Positions 29,488 to 39,799 of a DNA stretch of 64,000 bases are shown in pieces. The translations under genes were made by a program, and so were the position numbers. Each line of letters begins with the position of its first letter. Position 1 is the stretch's first letter. Below the pieces are notes generated by a model that was given only the letters and a program-made list of their open reading frames with translations, was not told the origin of the DNA and made no database searches. This stretch comes from Dehalococcoidia bacterium (GTDB taxonomy: Bacteria > Chloroflexota > Dehalococcoidia > SM23-28-2 > RBG-16-64-32). Location: the NCBI GenBank assembly GCA_040877915.1, contig JBBDNA010000013.1, forward strand, positions 13,760 through 77,759, in the 5' to 3' direction.

Positions 29488-29754
29488 ATGACGACGGCCC
29501 AACGCTCGCACCCGGAGGCTACCGACGCCTGGTCAGACCTCTCCGGACGCTGGTTCTTCGCCTGGCGCATGGCCGCCGCCTGTGAGAGCGCTCTCAGAGA
29601 GGTTCACTCCGCCATGGGCCAGCAGGAAGACCCGCGGCGGGTGCAGGCCCTGGAAAAGGCCAGCCTCCTCTTGCGCCGTGAGCTCGTTCGCTGGCTCCAC
29701 CGCGGCGAGGCCCTGGACATCATCGTGGAGCGGCTGCCCCGCGCCCCCGCCTAA
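29488..29754 (+). CDS. Hypothetical protein
   Basis: 88 aa ORF followed by a terminator hairpin. Confidence 0.55.
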   Translation: MTTAQRSHPEATDAWSDLSGRWFFAWRMAAACESALREVHSAMGQQEDPRRVQALEKASLLLRRELVRWLHRGEALDIIVERLPRAPA

Positions 29755-29777
29755 CCACCACCCCAGAAAAATACGCG

Positions 29778-29802
29778 AGGCCCCCTATCGAGGGGGCCTT
29801 TC
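29778..29802. terminator. Terminator between convergent genes
   Basis: AGGCCCCCT-ATCG-AGGGGGCCT-TTC. Confidence 0.75.
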
Positions 29803-29821
29803 TTCGTCTGTCCGGTCGGAC

Positions 29822-30697
29822 CTACTCCTCGACAGCGCTCGCCGTCCCCACTACCACCTTCGTGCCGTCCGGCTTCTCGCACCAGACCTCCGCCCGCGCC
29901 CGTTGCGCCCGCCCCTCCACTGTCCGTTCGACGATGCGGCCCCTGCAGGCCAGCCGGTCGCTCTGCCAGACCACGTTCACCAGCGCCACGTTCATTCGCC
30001 CGCCCACGTACCAGCCCGCCCCGAACCGCTCCGTCATCATCTGCGATAGGAAGCACAGCGTCATCATCCCCTGCACCACGATGTCCGGGAACCCCAGCTT
30101 TTTCGCCGCCTCCACGTCGTTGTGGTAGTTCACCGCCGGCCCGGAGAACGCCTTGCACATCGCCAGCGTCACTTCCTTCTCCAGCGCCGCTATCTCCTCC
30201 AGCGCCTCACCCTCGCCCGCCTCGAACCGGCGGTCGCTCCGTTTCTCCCGCTCCTTGTCCACGACCAGCCCCGTCCGGCTCTTGTCCAGCAGGAAGCTCT
30301 GGTGCGTCCGCCCCCGGTTCAGCAGCCGCCCGTCCGCCCCGTAGCACGACACCTCCTTGACGATGAAGTCGCGGTCCCGCTTCACGTACCGGTCGACGAT
30401 GAGTGAGCGCGTGGTCACCCTATCGCCGACCATGATCGGATGGAACAGCTCCCACTCTTGCCGCGCGTGCAGGTTGCCGTACAGGTTTGGCAGGTACCAC
30501 GACAGGTCCTTGTAGCACTCCGAGTGCAGGATCAGGGCCGGCGCGACGGCACCGCCGAACGGCGAGTCGCCGCTGTACCAGGCGTTGTCGTCCGCTGTCC
30601 CCTCAGCGTAGCCGCGAACGAGCTCCGGCGTTACGTGGACTTCGCGGCCCGGGTAGTCCCGCCCGACATACCGCTCTTCCGGCTTCGCCACCGCCAT
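29822..30697 (-). CDS. Double hotdog MaoC-family dehydratase
   Basis: Two MaoC-like halves; NYHND-AAKKLGF-VVQG. Confidence 0.8.
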   Translation of the reverse strand: MAVAKPEERYVGRDYPGREVHVTPELVRGYAEGTADDNAWYSGDSPFGGAVAPALILHSECYKDLSWYLPNLYGNLHARQEWELFHPIMVGDRVTTRSLIVDRYVKRDRDFIVKEVSCYGADGRLLNRGRTHQSFLLDKSRTGLVVDKEREKRSDRRFEAGEGEALEEIAALEKEVTLAMCKAFSGPAVNYHNDVEAAKKLGFPDIVVQGMMTLCFLSQMMTERFGAGWYVGGRMNVALVNVVWQSDRLACRGRIVERTVEGRAQRARAEVWCEKPDGTKVVVGTASAVEE

Positions 30698-30699
30698 CC

Positions 30700-32130
30700 C
30701 TAGACCGCGGCCGGCACGCCCTTCGGCCAGGCGTCGTTCCAGGGCCGCTCCTGCTCGTAGGCGCGGGCCAGCTGGAAGATCAGGTCCTCGCGGTGTCGCG
30801 GCGCCACGATCTGCAGCCCGCAGGGCAGCCCCGCGTCCGTCAGCCCCGCCCGGACGCTGGCCGCCGGATGGCCCGTCAGGTTGAACGGGTAAGTGAATAC
30901 CACCGCCATCAGCGGGTTCTCTATCTTCGTGCCGTTTATCTTCTCCGGCCACTTTCCCCGCGCGTCGAACGCCTCAGTGGGTAGCGTCGGCGTCAGCAGA
31001 GCATCGTACTTCTCGAAGAAGTGCCACATGTCGTTGACCAGCCGCGCTCGCACCCGCTGAGCCTTCCCGTACCGGTCCGGCGTCAGCCTGCGCGCTCGCT
31101 CCACGCCCTTCAGGAACGATCGACCGAAGTCCTCGCGGTGGTCCTCTATCCTCTCGTAGATCTTGGCGTAGGTCTCCGCGCCCGAGACCCGCATCCACTC
31201 GATCCCCGGGTCACCCTCGATGACGCGCTCCACCTCGTCGATGTCGTGCCCCAGCTTCTCGAACACCTTGACCGCCGCCGTCACCTCCCGCAGGACGTCG
31301 CTCTGGATCGTCGCGTACCCGAACGTCGGGCTGAACGCGATCCGCAGCTTCCCCGGATCGCGCTCCATCACGTCAACGTACGAGTACCCCGGGTGCGGCA
31401 GCGAGTCCGGGTCCGCCTCGTGCGCCCCCACCACCGCGTCCATGAACAGCGCCCCGTCCTGCACCGTCCGCGTTATCGGTCCGTACACGGCGGTGTCGTT
31501 CCAGCCCAGCATCTCGAACGGCCCCTTCGGTATCCGTCCATAGCTGGGCTTGAGCCCGAAACAGCCCGTGTAGCACGCCGGTATCCGCACCGATCCGCCC
31601 CCGTCCGACCCCGTGGCGATCGGCACCATCCCCGACGCTATAGCCGCCGAGGTGCCGCCGCTGGACCCTCCTGGCGTCCGCTCCGGGTTCCAGGGGTTCC
31701 GCGTGATCCCGAACAGCAGGTTCTTCGTGAACGCCGTGTACCCGAACTCCGGCGAGTTCGTCTTCCCGATCAGTATCGCCCCCGCCTGCTTCAGCCGCTC
31801 CACCTGCGTCGAGTCCTGATCCGGGTAGTCGTCCTTGTACGGCACCGAGGCGTGGGTGGAGGGAAAGCCCTCTGCGTCCTCCAGCTCCTTCACCCCGAAC
31901 GGCAGCCCGGCCAGTATCCCCGCCTCCTCGCCCGCGGCGATCCGTCTTTCCAGCTCCCGCGCCTCCGCCACCGACTCTTCCTTCGGACGCAAGGCGTTGA
32001 ACGCGTTCAGCACCGGGTTCGTCTCCTCGATGCGCTCGTAGCACGCCTCCATCAGCTCCACCGGTGACAGCTGCCTGGAGCGGACGGCGGCGGCGAGCTC
32101 GTAAGCGGACTTGAACCACAGATCGGACAT
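30700..32130 (-). CDS. Amidase signature family protein
   Basis: GLPFGVKE, GKTN, PGGSSGG, GSDGGGSVRIPA. Confidence 0.95.
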   Translation of the reverse strand: MSDLWFKSAYELAAAVRSRQLSPVELMEACYERIEETNPVLNAFNALRPKEESVAEARELERRIAAGEEAGILAGLPFGVKELEDAEGFPSTHASVPYKDDYPDQDSTQVERLKQAGAILIGKTNSPEFGYTAFTKNLLFGITRNPWNPERTPGGSSGGTSAAIASGMVPIATGSDGGGSVRIPACYTGCFGLKPSYGRIPKGPFEMLGWNDTAVYGPITRTVQDGALFMDAVVGAHEADPDSLPHPGYSYVDVMERDPGKLRIAFSPTFGYATIQSDVLREVTAAVKVFEKLGHDIDEVERVIEGDPGIEWMRVSGAETYAKIYERIEDHREDFGRSFLKGVERARRLTPDRYGKAQRVRARLVNDMWHFFEKYDALLTPTLPTEAFDARGKWPEKINGTKIENPLMAVVFTYPFNLTGHPAASVRAGLTDAGLPCGLQIVAPRHREDLIFQLARAYEQERPWNDAWPKGVPAAV

Positions 32131-32214
32131 AGGTAACTCTCCCTGCTAGCTTCGTGCTGGCATGATACACGAAAGGGCGCGGGTTCGGAAGGTTGGCTGA
32201 AGCCCGCCGGGCGC

Positions 32215-33189
32215 TTAGTCCAGCGGTGAGGGCGGGTAGCTCGGTTCCGGCGGCGGCCGCACCGCGAACGGCACGTGAGCCCCCTCCCGCACGCGGAACC
32301 AGATCTCAACCGCCGCGTACACAAACAGCGTCACCAGGACGCCCGCCGCCAGGTCCACCAGGTAGTGCTCACCCGCGTAAACCAGCGAGAACGCCATCGC
32401 CAGGTTGTACAGCAGCGCGCACACGCCCAGGAAGATGTTCACCCGGAACGCGATGAGCAGGACGGCCACGCTCACGGCCATGTGTATCGAAGGCATCGCC
32501 GCTACCGGGTTCGAGTCTCGTATTCGGCCCTCGAAGTACGTGTAAATGTTGACGTTGAGCTCGCTGCCCACTTCGGTCACTATCTTGTACGTCGGGTCCA
32601 GCTGGCCGCTCAGCGAAGCCACCCAGGGCGGCGCCGCCGGGAAGATCAAGTAGATCAGCAGCCCCACCGCCAGTATGCCCACGAACAGGTACACGTAGCG
32701 CTGAAACAGATCACGGTGCCCGAAGAACAGGTGCATCGCGAACAGGTGCGGCAGCGCGAAGTACGACCAGTGGACGTACGTTGCCATCCGGTCCAGCCAG
32801 GTGATGTCCGTCGGGTTAAACAGCTTCCCCTGCAGCCAGACAGTCGGCACCGTCCCGAACGTCAGCGCCTTCTCCGCCTGCACAAGGTCACCGATGTGCG
32901 TGGGCACTCCCGTCTCGTCCGTGAAAGATCGCAGCAGGCTGAACAGGGCGAACCCGCCGATGTACAACGCCCACAGCCCGTACGCCCCCCGGCTCCGCGC
33001 CGACGCCCAGGTCAGCACCGCCAGCGTCACCACCAGCCCCCCGTACATCAGCGGCTCCTTGGACGGCGTCCGCTCCAGCAGCAGGAACAGCGTCAGCAGG
33101 ACGACGATGGGCGGTGCGGCAACATCCAGCGCGTGGGAAAGGAATCCCAGGCGGCCCTGCAACAGTCCTGCCTCTAGTCGTATTCTCAT
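32215..33189 (-). CDS. PAP2 superfamily membrane protein (AUR1/IPC synthase-like)
   Basis: PAAPPW, AAMPSIH, GEHYLVD. Confidence 0.85.
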   Translation of the reverse strand: MRIRLEAGLLQGRLGFLSHALDVAAPPIVVLLTLFLLLERTPSKEPLMYGGLVVTLAVLTWASARSRGAYGLWALYIGGFALFSLLRSFTDETGVPTHIGDLVQAEKALTFGTVPTVWLQGKLFNPTDITWLDRMATYVHWSYFALPHLFAMHLFFGHRDLFQRYVYLFVGILAVGLLIYLIFPAAPPWVASLSGQLDPTYKIVTEVGSELNVNIYTYFEGRIRDSNPVAAMPSIHMAVSVAVLLIAFRVNIFLGVCALLYNLAMAFSLVYAGEHYLVDLAAGVLVTLFVYAAVEIWFRVREGAHVPFAVRPPPEPSYPPSPLD

Positions 33190-33359
33190 ACAGAATTCGG
33201 GGACCGGCCTTCCGCACTCCCTCCCAAGCCGCCACCGCGCTCACTTCTTCTCGGGGGAACGAAGGCGGGTTGCCTGCCTCCTTATTGTGCAAAAAAGTAG
33301 CACTGCCAGCGGTTACGGTCAATCCGTAGGGCCGCGCTAGTTACAGCCTTCACACGCCG

Positions 33360-33851
33360 TTAATCGGCCAGGCCCAGCGCCTCCCGCGCCATAACCAGCA
33401 GCTCCTGGACGCCCCGCCCCAGCTCCGCCGCCCGTTTCGCGTCCATCTCCCCGGCAAGCTCCTGCTCCATCTGCAAGACCTCATTGCACAGCGTTATCTT
33501 CAGCGGCGCGTTCACCTCTTGTAGCGGCCCGTCGATGTCGTGCGTCAGGTCGTGCGCCGACGAGAAGAACACCTCCGTTGCCCCAACCAGATCGTCCGCC
33601 TCCGCCAGCTCGATAGTCCGCGCCACGCCCTCGTCCGCCGCCGCGAACGACTCCGCCGTCGGCGCGTCCGCCGTCAGCGGCGGCAGCACCGACGCGCAGG
33701 CCCCCAGCGGCGTCGGCGCTGGGTCCAGCTCGAACCCGCCCTCGTCGCTCGACGAATCCCCGCTTCCGCCGCACGCCGCCAGGAGAGCCACGACTGCGAT
33801 CAGCCCCACCCCTGCCGCGCGCCAGGCCATCCTCATCGGCGTTTCAGACAT
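33360..33851 (-). CDS. Putative lipoprotein
   Basis: LLAAC lipobox. Confidence 0.65.
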   Translation of the reverse strand: MSETPMRMAWRAAGVGLIAVVALLAACGGSGDSSSDEGGFELDPAPTPLGACASVLPPLTADAPTAESFAAADEGVARTIELAEADDLVGATEVFFSSAHDLTHDIDGPLQEVNAPLKITLCNEVLQMEQELAGEMDAKRAAELGRGVQELLVMAREALGLAD

Positions 33852-33943
33852 GGCGAGAGTATATCACCGCCCTGCCCGGTTCCCCGCCTCTTCTGTGGTA
33901 TATTCGTCGCGCGTTCGCTGCGCCACTCCCGGAAAGGAGACCC

Positions 33944-34831
33944 ATGGCCTCCCTCGAGCTTGTCCTCCTGGGCACCGGCAGCCCCGTTCACGCCGCCCAC
34001 CGATTCGGGCCCTCCCAGGTCATTACCGATGGCGCTTCCCGCATCCTCGTCGACACCGGCTGGTCCTCCACCCTCCGCCTCTACCAGGCCGCCCTCAACC
34101 CCCAGACCATCGATGCCGTATTCTTCACCCACCTCCACTCCGACCACACGACAGACCTGGCCGACTTCCTGGTCATGCGCTGGGTCGGCGGTGTCAGCCA
34201 CCCGATCCCCATCTACGGCCCCGCCGGCACGGCGCGCATGGTCAACGGCTTCCAGGAGGCCATGGCCGCCGATACGAAGTTCCGGCTCGATCACCACGGC
34301 GACAAGCTCTGGGCCGGCGGTCTCGCCGCCGACGTCACCGAGTTCGAGGCCGGCGACGACCCTGTCCAGGTCGCCCGCATCGGCGACATCGCCGTCAAGG
34401 CCTACGAGGTCGACCATCGCCCCGTCAAGCCCGCCTACGGCTTCCGCTTCGAGAACGGCGGTCGCACCATCGCCGTCTCCGGCGACACCAACCCCTGCCC
34501 CGGCCTCCTCAACGGCGCCCGCGACGCCGACATCCTCGTCTGCGATTCCATGAACGTCGAGATGATGAAGACCCTCGAGGGCCAGCTGCGTTCCATCGGC
34601 AACAACGTCCAGGCCGATCTCCTGGAGGACGCCCACACCTACCACGCCGGCATCGGTGATATGGCCGCCGTGGCCCAGCAGGCCGCGGTCAAACACCTCG
34701 TCCTCTCCCACCTCCTGCCGGCCGTCCCCGAGCAGGGCCCGCAGGCGGACGCCTTCGTCGCTGGCCTGGACAAGATATTCGAGGGCCCCATCACCATCGG
34801 CCGCGACCTCCAGCGTTTCCCATTGGAGTAG
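33944..34831 (+). CDS. RNase Z/arylsulfatase-like MBL-fold hydrolase
   Basis: LLGTGSP, THLHSDH, SGDT, LVLSH. Confidence 0.88.
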   Translation: MASLELVLLGTGSPVHAAHRFGPSQVITDGASRILVDTGWSSTLRLYQAALNPQTIDAVFFTHLHSDHTTDLADFLVMRWVGGVSHPIPIYGPAGTARMVNGFQEAMAADTKFRLDHHGDKLWAGGLAADVTEFEAGDDPVQVARIGDIAVKAYEVDHRPVKPAYGFRFENGGRTIAVSGDTNPCPGLLNGARDADILVCDSMNVEMMKTLEGQLRSIGNNVQADLLEDAHTYHAGIGDMAAVAQQAAVKHLVLSHLLPAVPEQGPQADAFVAGLDKIFEGPITIGRDLQRFPLE

Positions 34832-34837
34832 CTCGCG

Positions 34838-36505
34838 TCAACCCCGGCGGAAGGCCATCATCCGCGACACCGCCTCGAGGTACGAACCGATTTGCCGCTC
34901 GGTCTCCTCGCCGTCCCAGCCCAGCGCCTTCGCCATGTGCCGCGCTGCTGCCGACGCCGCGGCCGGGCTGCCGCCCTCCCCGAACAGCATCAGGTCCGTC
35001 CGCCGCCGCATGAAGTCCTCCAGCGTTACCGCCATCTCCTGCTCCGCCGCGTTCACCGCCTCCACCGCCAGCACCGGCGACCCCTCCGCCAGTGGCTCCA
35101 GCAGCTCCGGGTTCCGCGCCGCCGGCGCCAGCGCCCGCACGTGCTCCGTTCCGTACGTGTCGACCAGGCGGTTCGCCGCAGCCTCCGTCAGCCCCCAGCC
35201 GCCCCCCAGCGCCGCCACCGCCGAGCGGCGATAGTTCTTGAAGTCCGCCGTCGCACCCGGCAGCGGCGCCCGCGCCGTCCGCGACCGCCGCGGCCGTACC
35301 GAGAAGCGCTCGCCCTCCCGTTCCACGACCTGGCTCACGATCTGCTCCGCCATCGACCGGAAGCTCGTCAGCTTGCCGCCGCAGATCGTGTACAGGCCTG
35401 GTGGTCCGTCCAGGATGTCGTAGTCCCGCGACACCTCGGACGGCGTCCCCTCGTCGGCCAGCAGCGGCCGCAGGCCCGCCCAGGCCCCGACGATGTCTCC
35501 CACCTCCAGCCCCGTCGAGAAGCTGGCGTTGGTCGCCTCCAGCACGTACTCCACGTCCTCCGATTCCGTCTCCACGCTCCCGGGATCGCCCTGCCAGTCC
35601 GTGTCCGTAGTCCCAATGTATGTGTGCTCGTCGTGCGGCACCGCGAACAGCAGCCGTTCGCCGTAGTAGAACGCGACCGCCGCGTTCACCGGCAGCCTCT
35701 CCCGCCGCACGACGAGGTGCACGCCCTTCGTCGGACGCAGGATGGCGCGCTGGCCCAGCGTCTCCCGTAGCTGGTCTGTCCAGGGACCCGCCGCGCTCAC
35801 CACCACCCGCGCCCGCACCGTCCCCTCCGCATCGCCCGCCGCGTCGCGGAAGTTGATCCCCGTCACCCGCTCGCCCGTGCGCTCCAGCCCCACGGCCTTC
35901 GCGTAGTTCAGCGCCACCGCCCCCGCCCTCGCCGCCGAAAGCGCAACCGAAAGCGTCAGCCGCGCGTCGTCCGTCGTCGCGTCGAAATAGCGAAAGCCGG
36001 CCTTCAGCCCCTCGCTGCGCAGGCTCGGCTCGGCCTCTAGCAGCCGCTCCCGCGACAGCCCCCTGTGCCGGCCGATGCCCAGCGTCCCCGCCAGCACGTC
36101 GTAGCCCGTCAGCCCCAGCCGCAGCAGCAGCGGCCCGTCGCGGCTGTCCTCCCACACCGGCATCACGAAGGCCAGCGGCCGCACCAGATGCGGCGCCAGC
36201 CGCAGCAGCAGCCCCCGCTCGTGCAGACCCTCGCGCACCAGCCCCAGGTGCCCGTAGCGCAGGTAGCGCAGGCCGCCGTGGATCAGCCTCGACGAGCGGC
36301 TGCTCGTCCCCGAGGCGAAGTCCCCCTGCTCCACCAGCGCTACCGAGAGCCCCCGCAGCGCCGCGTCCCGCGCCACCCCCGCCCCCGTTATCCCGCCGCC
36401 GATTATCGCCAGGTCGAACGTCTCCCGCTCCAACCGCTCCAGCATCGCCGCACGAGTGGCCACGGCCGGCAGCGCCTGTCCGGGTTCCTCGTCGCCGCCT
36501 ATCAC
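34838..36505 (-). CDS. glpD: FAD-dependent glycerol-3-phosphate dehydrogenase/oxidase
   Basis: IGGGITG, GTSSRSSRLIHGGLRYL, AGLRPL, GGKLT. Confidence 0.9.
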   Translation of the reverse strand: MIGGDEEPGQALPAVATRAAMLERLERETFDLAIIGGGITGAGVARDAALRGLSVALVEQGDFASGTSSRSSRLIHGGLRYLRYGHLGLVREGLHERGLLLRLAPHLVRPLAFVMPVWEDSRDGPLLLRLGLTGYDVLAGTLGIGRHRGLSRERLLEAEPSLRSEGLKAGFRYFDATTDDARLTLSVALSAARAGAVALNYAKAVGLERTGERVTGINFRDAAGDAEGTVRARVVVSAAGPWTDQLRETLGQRAILRPTKGVHLVVRRERLPVNAAVAFYYGERLLFAVPHDEHTYIGTTDTDWQGDPGSVETESEDVEYVLEATNASFSTGLEVGDIVGAWAGLRPLLADEGTPSEVSRDYDILDGPPGLYTICGGKLTSFRSMAEQIVSQVVEREGERFSVRPRRSRTARAPLPGATADFKNYRRSAVAALGGGWGLTEAAANRLVDTYGTEHVRALAPAARNPELLEPLAEGSPVLAVEAVNAAEQEMAVTLEDFMRRRTDLMLFGEGGSPAAASAAARHMAKALGWDGEETERQIGSYLEAVSRMMAFRRG

Positions 36506-36672
36506 GCGCCTCCCGCCGAGTGGCCCCTGATCGCCTTACGCTGAACCATGAAGCCCATGTTCTACGTGTCGCTACTTCCGCGCAAGCCGACGACAGCTAT
36601 CTGGCCCGCTGCCCCGCCTCGCTGTAAAGTGACCATTGTTGGCCGCAAGACGATCCAGGGCGCGGGCGTAGA

Positions 36673-37500
36673 GTGGAGCTCCTCGAGCTCCTGGGCCTCG
36701 CCGCCCTCGGCTTTGCAGTCGGCGCCTACGGCACCACCGTCGGCCTCGGCGGCGGCTTCATCCTCATCCCCATCCTCATTCTCCTCTACCCGGACTATGA
36801 TCCCGAGGACCTCACCGCCATCTCCCTGGCCGTCGTCTGGGCCAACGCCACCTCCGGCGCCATAGCCTACGCCCGCCGGCTCCGCATCGATTACGTGACC
36901 GGCCTGCTGCTGGCCGCGGCGTCACTCCCCGGCGTCATCGCCGGCGTCTTCCTCGTCGGCTACCTGCCGGAGCGCCTGTTCACCCTCCTTTTCGCCGTCC
37001 TGCTCCTCGTCGTCGCCGGAATCGCCCTGCGAGGCCCACCCCGCGGCATCCGGCAGCCGCTGTCCGGCCCCGGCGTCCTCCGTCGCGCCCAGCCCGCCCC
37101 CGAAGGCACCTACCGCTACGCCTACCGTGTCTGGCAGGCCGTAGCGATCAGCGCCGGCGTGGGTCTGGTATCCAGCCTGTTCGGCATCGGCGGTGGCGCC
37201 TTCCACGTGCCCGCCATGATCTTCATCCTCCACGTCCCCGTCCAGTTCGCCGTCGCCACCTCCACCTTCATCCTGATCTTCATGAGCGGCGGCGCCACCA
37301 TCGTCCACCTGGCCCAGGGCACCCTCAGCGGCGACGTCCTGCTTCAGGCCGTGGCGCTGGGCGCCGGCACCATCCCCGGCGCCCAGCTCGGCGCCCGCAT
37401 CGCCGGCGTGCTGCGGCCCCGGCACACCCTGGCCCTGCTCGCCGTCTCCCTCGCCTTCCTCTCGGCCAGGATGCTCGTCGCCGCCCTCCTCGACGTCTGA
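36673..37500 (+). CDS. TauE/SafE sulfite exporter family protein
   Basis: GLGGG...P and GIGGG...VP repeats; multiple TM. Confidence 0.88.
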   Translation: MELLELLGLAALGFAVGAYGTTVGLGGGFILIPILILLYPDYDPEDLTAISLAVVWANATSGAIAYARRLRIDYVTGLLLAAASLPGVIAGVFLVGYLPERLFTLLFAVLLLVVAGIALRGPPRGIRQPLSGPGVLRRAQPAPEGTYRYAYRVWQAVAISAGVGLVSSLFGIGGGAFHVPAMIFILHVPVQFAVATSTFILIFMSGGATIVHLAQGTLSGDVLLQAVALGAGTIPGAQLGARIAGVLRPRHTLALLAVSLAFLSARMLVAALLDV

Positions 37501-37534
37501 CCGCCTCGTGCGAGACGGGTTAGAGCCGGGCAGC

Positions 37535-37567
37535 GAGAGGGGGCCGGAGCGGATCCGGCCCCCTCTC
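37535..37567. terminator. Hairpin between convergent genes
   Basis: GAGAGGGGGCCGGA-GCGGA-TCCGGCCCCCTCTC. Confidence 0.75.
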
Positions 37568-37585
37568 TTCAGCAGCCGCTACGCG

Positions 37586-38233
37586 CTACGCTTCGCTGCC
37601 CTCGGACTCCTCGCTGGGCCTGCCGTGGAACCCCCGGAACCCCAGGCCGCCCTCGGCGTCCAGGGCGCTGTCCACCTTCTCCTCCAGGCTGCCGTTGACT
37701 TCGTCGAACTTCTCCTGCGTGATCTCGCCGGTGTCCAACCGCGCCTGAAGGTCAGCGCTGACGTTCTCCAGGAGCGCCGACCGGAACTCTTCCCGGCTCA
37801 TCCCCTGCCCCTCGGCGATCTCGGCCAGCGTCTGGCCGTCCCGCAAGGACTCTCGCAGCTCGTCCTCGCCGATGCCGAGCACCTCGGCCGCCGCCGCCTT
37901 CAACAGGTGGCCGCCTGCGCATCCGGTCGTCGTGGCGTCCTCATTCGCCTCGCCGTCCCCGGATGCGTCGGCGTCGTCACCCGCTGCGTCCTCGCCCGTC
38001 GAGTCATCGCCGGCTGCGTCCTCGTCCGCCGTGCCCTCATCTGACTCCTCGCTCGCGTCCGGCGTCGGCGTAGGGGTCTCGTCCGTCGGCTCCCCGGTCG
38101 CGGTGGGGGTGGGCGTTGGCGTCGCTTCGTCGCCGGTCTGGGCGGACGTCATTGCCCCTGTGGTCAGCAGCGCGGCGGCCGCCAGCGCCAGGGCGGCGAT
38201 TGCCGCCATCGTTATCGTCTGGACCTTCGTCAT
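37586..38233 (-). CDS. Secreted acidic hypothetical protein
   Basis: Signal peptide, TP/ED-rich linker, AAEVLG...LRDGQTLAEIAE helical repeat; SD AAGGAG. Confidence 0.75.
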   Translation of the reverse strand: MTKVQTITMAAIAALALAAAALLTTGAMTSAQTGDEATPTPTPTATGEPTDETPTPTPDASEESDEGTADEDAAGDDSTGEDAAGDDADASGDGEANEDATTTGCAGGHLLKAAAAEVLGIGEDELRESLRDGQTLAEIAEGQGMSREEFRSALLENVSADLQARLDTGEITQEKFDEVNGSLEEKVDSALDAEGGLGFRGFHGRPSEESEGSEA

Positions 38234-38798
38234 TTCAGCTCCTTGCTTGGAATCGAATCTCGCGTGGCGTCGGTATCGCTACGCGGCTCTCTTCATGCTC
38301 ATCGCGCCTCCTCCTCTTTTCGCTCTGCCGGTTACGGCTGGTCTTGAATCGCTGTCGCCTCCGCGGGCCGGCGGCCTGAATGCGTTCCCGTTCGAGCTGC
38401 TCCGGCGAATCAATGTCCGCTGATTGGCACACTAATCCGCCGTCATTAGAGCGACGTTGGAGAGAGGCTAGAGTTCTCTAAGGGAAACAGAGCGACAGGG
38501 AGGGCGCTCGCTGCGCGCGGCGATCCGCCGCCGCATGCCGGCGCACCGGGCGGTGGCGCCGTAACACGGATTTCCCGCGCCGGTAACACGCCGGTAACCC
38601 GCCTGCGCGCGATTGAGAGCAGTATGGGCCACGGAAGTCGTGTGGCGTGGCTTCCGAACCCACTCCCTTTGGCTTAGGGGCGAGGATCAGAACAGTCCTC
38701 GCCCCTGCGCTTATCTACGAGGGTCGGCTGACAGCTGGAAGCCCGATAGGTCCAGCTTCCGCGTCGGGTCCGCCTCGCCCAGCGAGCCGATGCGTAGC

Positions 38799-39152
38799 TT
38801 ATATCGGCTTCGCGACGCCGCTGAAATCCAGCATGGTCACCGGCTCGTCTCCCACAACCCAGCCGTCATGCCCAGCCGGAATCGTTGCGATATCTCCTGC
38901 CCTCAGGTCGAGCTCCTCGCCATCCGAGAAGACGAGGTGAAGTTGTCCCGCGGCGATGTATACGAAGTGTGGCGCCTCGCAATAATCGCCACCCTCAACA
39001 ACGGGCTTCTCGTGCTCGGACCACTTCCATCCAGGCTCGAACGTCGCCCGCCCGACCCCACCTCCCGCGATCTCCACGATGTCGATCTTCCCACGCTCCA
39101 TCTTCAGAACCTGATCGGGAGAGTCGAGGGACTTCTTTTGCGATCCAGCCAT
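38799..39152 (-). CDS. Cupin domain protein
   Basis: PGWKWS, C-x3-H, IPAGHDGWVVG. Confidence 0.88.
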   Translation of the reverse strand: MAGSQKKSLDSPDQVLKMERGKIDIVEIAGGGVGRATFEPGWKWSEHEKPVVEGGDYCEAPHFVYIAAGQLHLVFSDGEELDLRAGDIATIPAGHDGWVVGDEPVTMLDFSGVAKPI

Positions 39153-39197
39153 GTGGAGCCTCCATGCTTATCTACACTTATCTACGAGGGTCGCCGG

Positions 39198-39728
39198 CTA
39201 GAAGGGGTAGCCCTTCGCGCCCTGCAACCCCTTCAGGCACGATATCTCGCCGCAGTGCGCGTTCACGTGCCAGGCCAGGACGTTCGACAGGAACCAGCTC
39301 ACAGACTGCTTTCCCAGGTTGAAGGCCGACAGGTCCAGCTCCCGCTCCAGGCCCGCCTCGTCCAGCGAGCCGACGTACTCGTCGGTGCTCGCGAACACGG
39401 CCTTGCCGTATTCGCTCAGCGCGCCCAGATCGATCTCCACGGAGCTTGCCCAGTCCGCCCAGCCTCCGGCACTCGGCGCCGGTGGCGGCGAGCTCATCCC
39501 CGTCTTGCCCGCGAACGTGGTCGCGAACAGAGGCGGCCCGCCCTTCACGAACCCGTTCACCAGCATGTCTTCGCTCGTCACTATGTGGGCGAGCTGCGCC
39601 CCCACAGGCGTCGCCTTGCCCGGCGGCGACCAGTGCGCCTGCTCGCTCGTCACGTCCTGAATCGTCAGGTTCAGGATGTTGTGCGCGTTATCGAACTCAC
39701 CGCGAATGAAGGCGGCCAGGTTCTCCAT
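39198..39728 (-). CDS. DinB family protein
   Basis: AHIVTSED and WHVNAHCGEI His motifs; SD AAGGAGG. Confidence 0.82.
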   Translation of the reverse strand: MENLAAFIRGEFDNAHNILNLTIQDVTSEQAHWSPPGKATPVGAQLAHIVTSEDMLVNGFVKGGPPLFATTFAGKTGMSSPPPAPSAGGWADWASSVEIDLGALSEYGKAVFASTDEYVGSLDEAGLERELDLSAFNLGKQSVSWFLSNVLAWHVNAHCGEISCLKGLQGAKGYPF

Positions 39729-39799
39729 CGTCTCCTCCTTCTGTTCCGCCGTTGGGGCTGCTGGTCGGCCCCCGACCTTCTCGGCGAAGCGAGGTCTGT

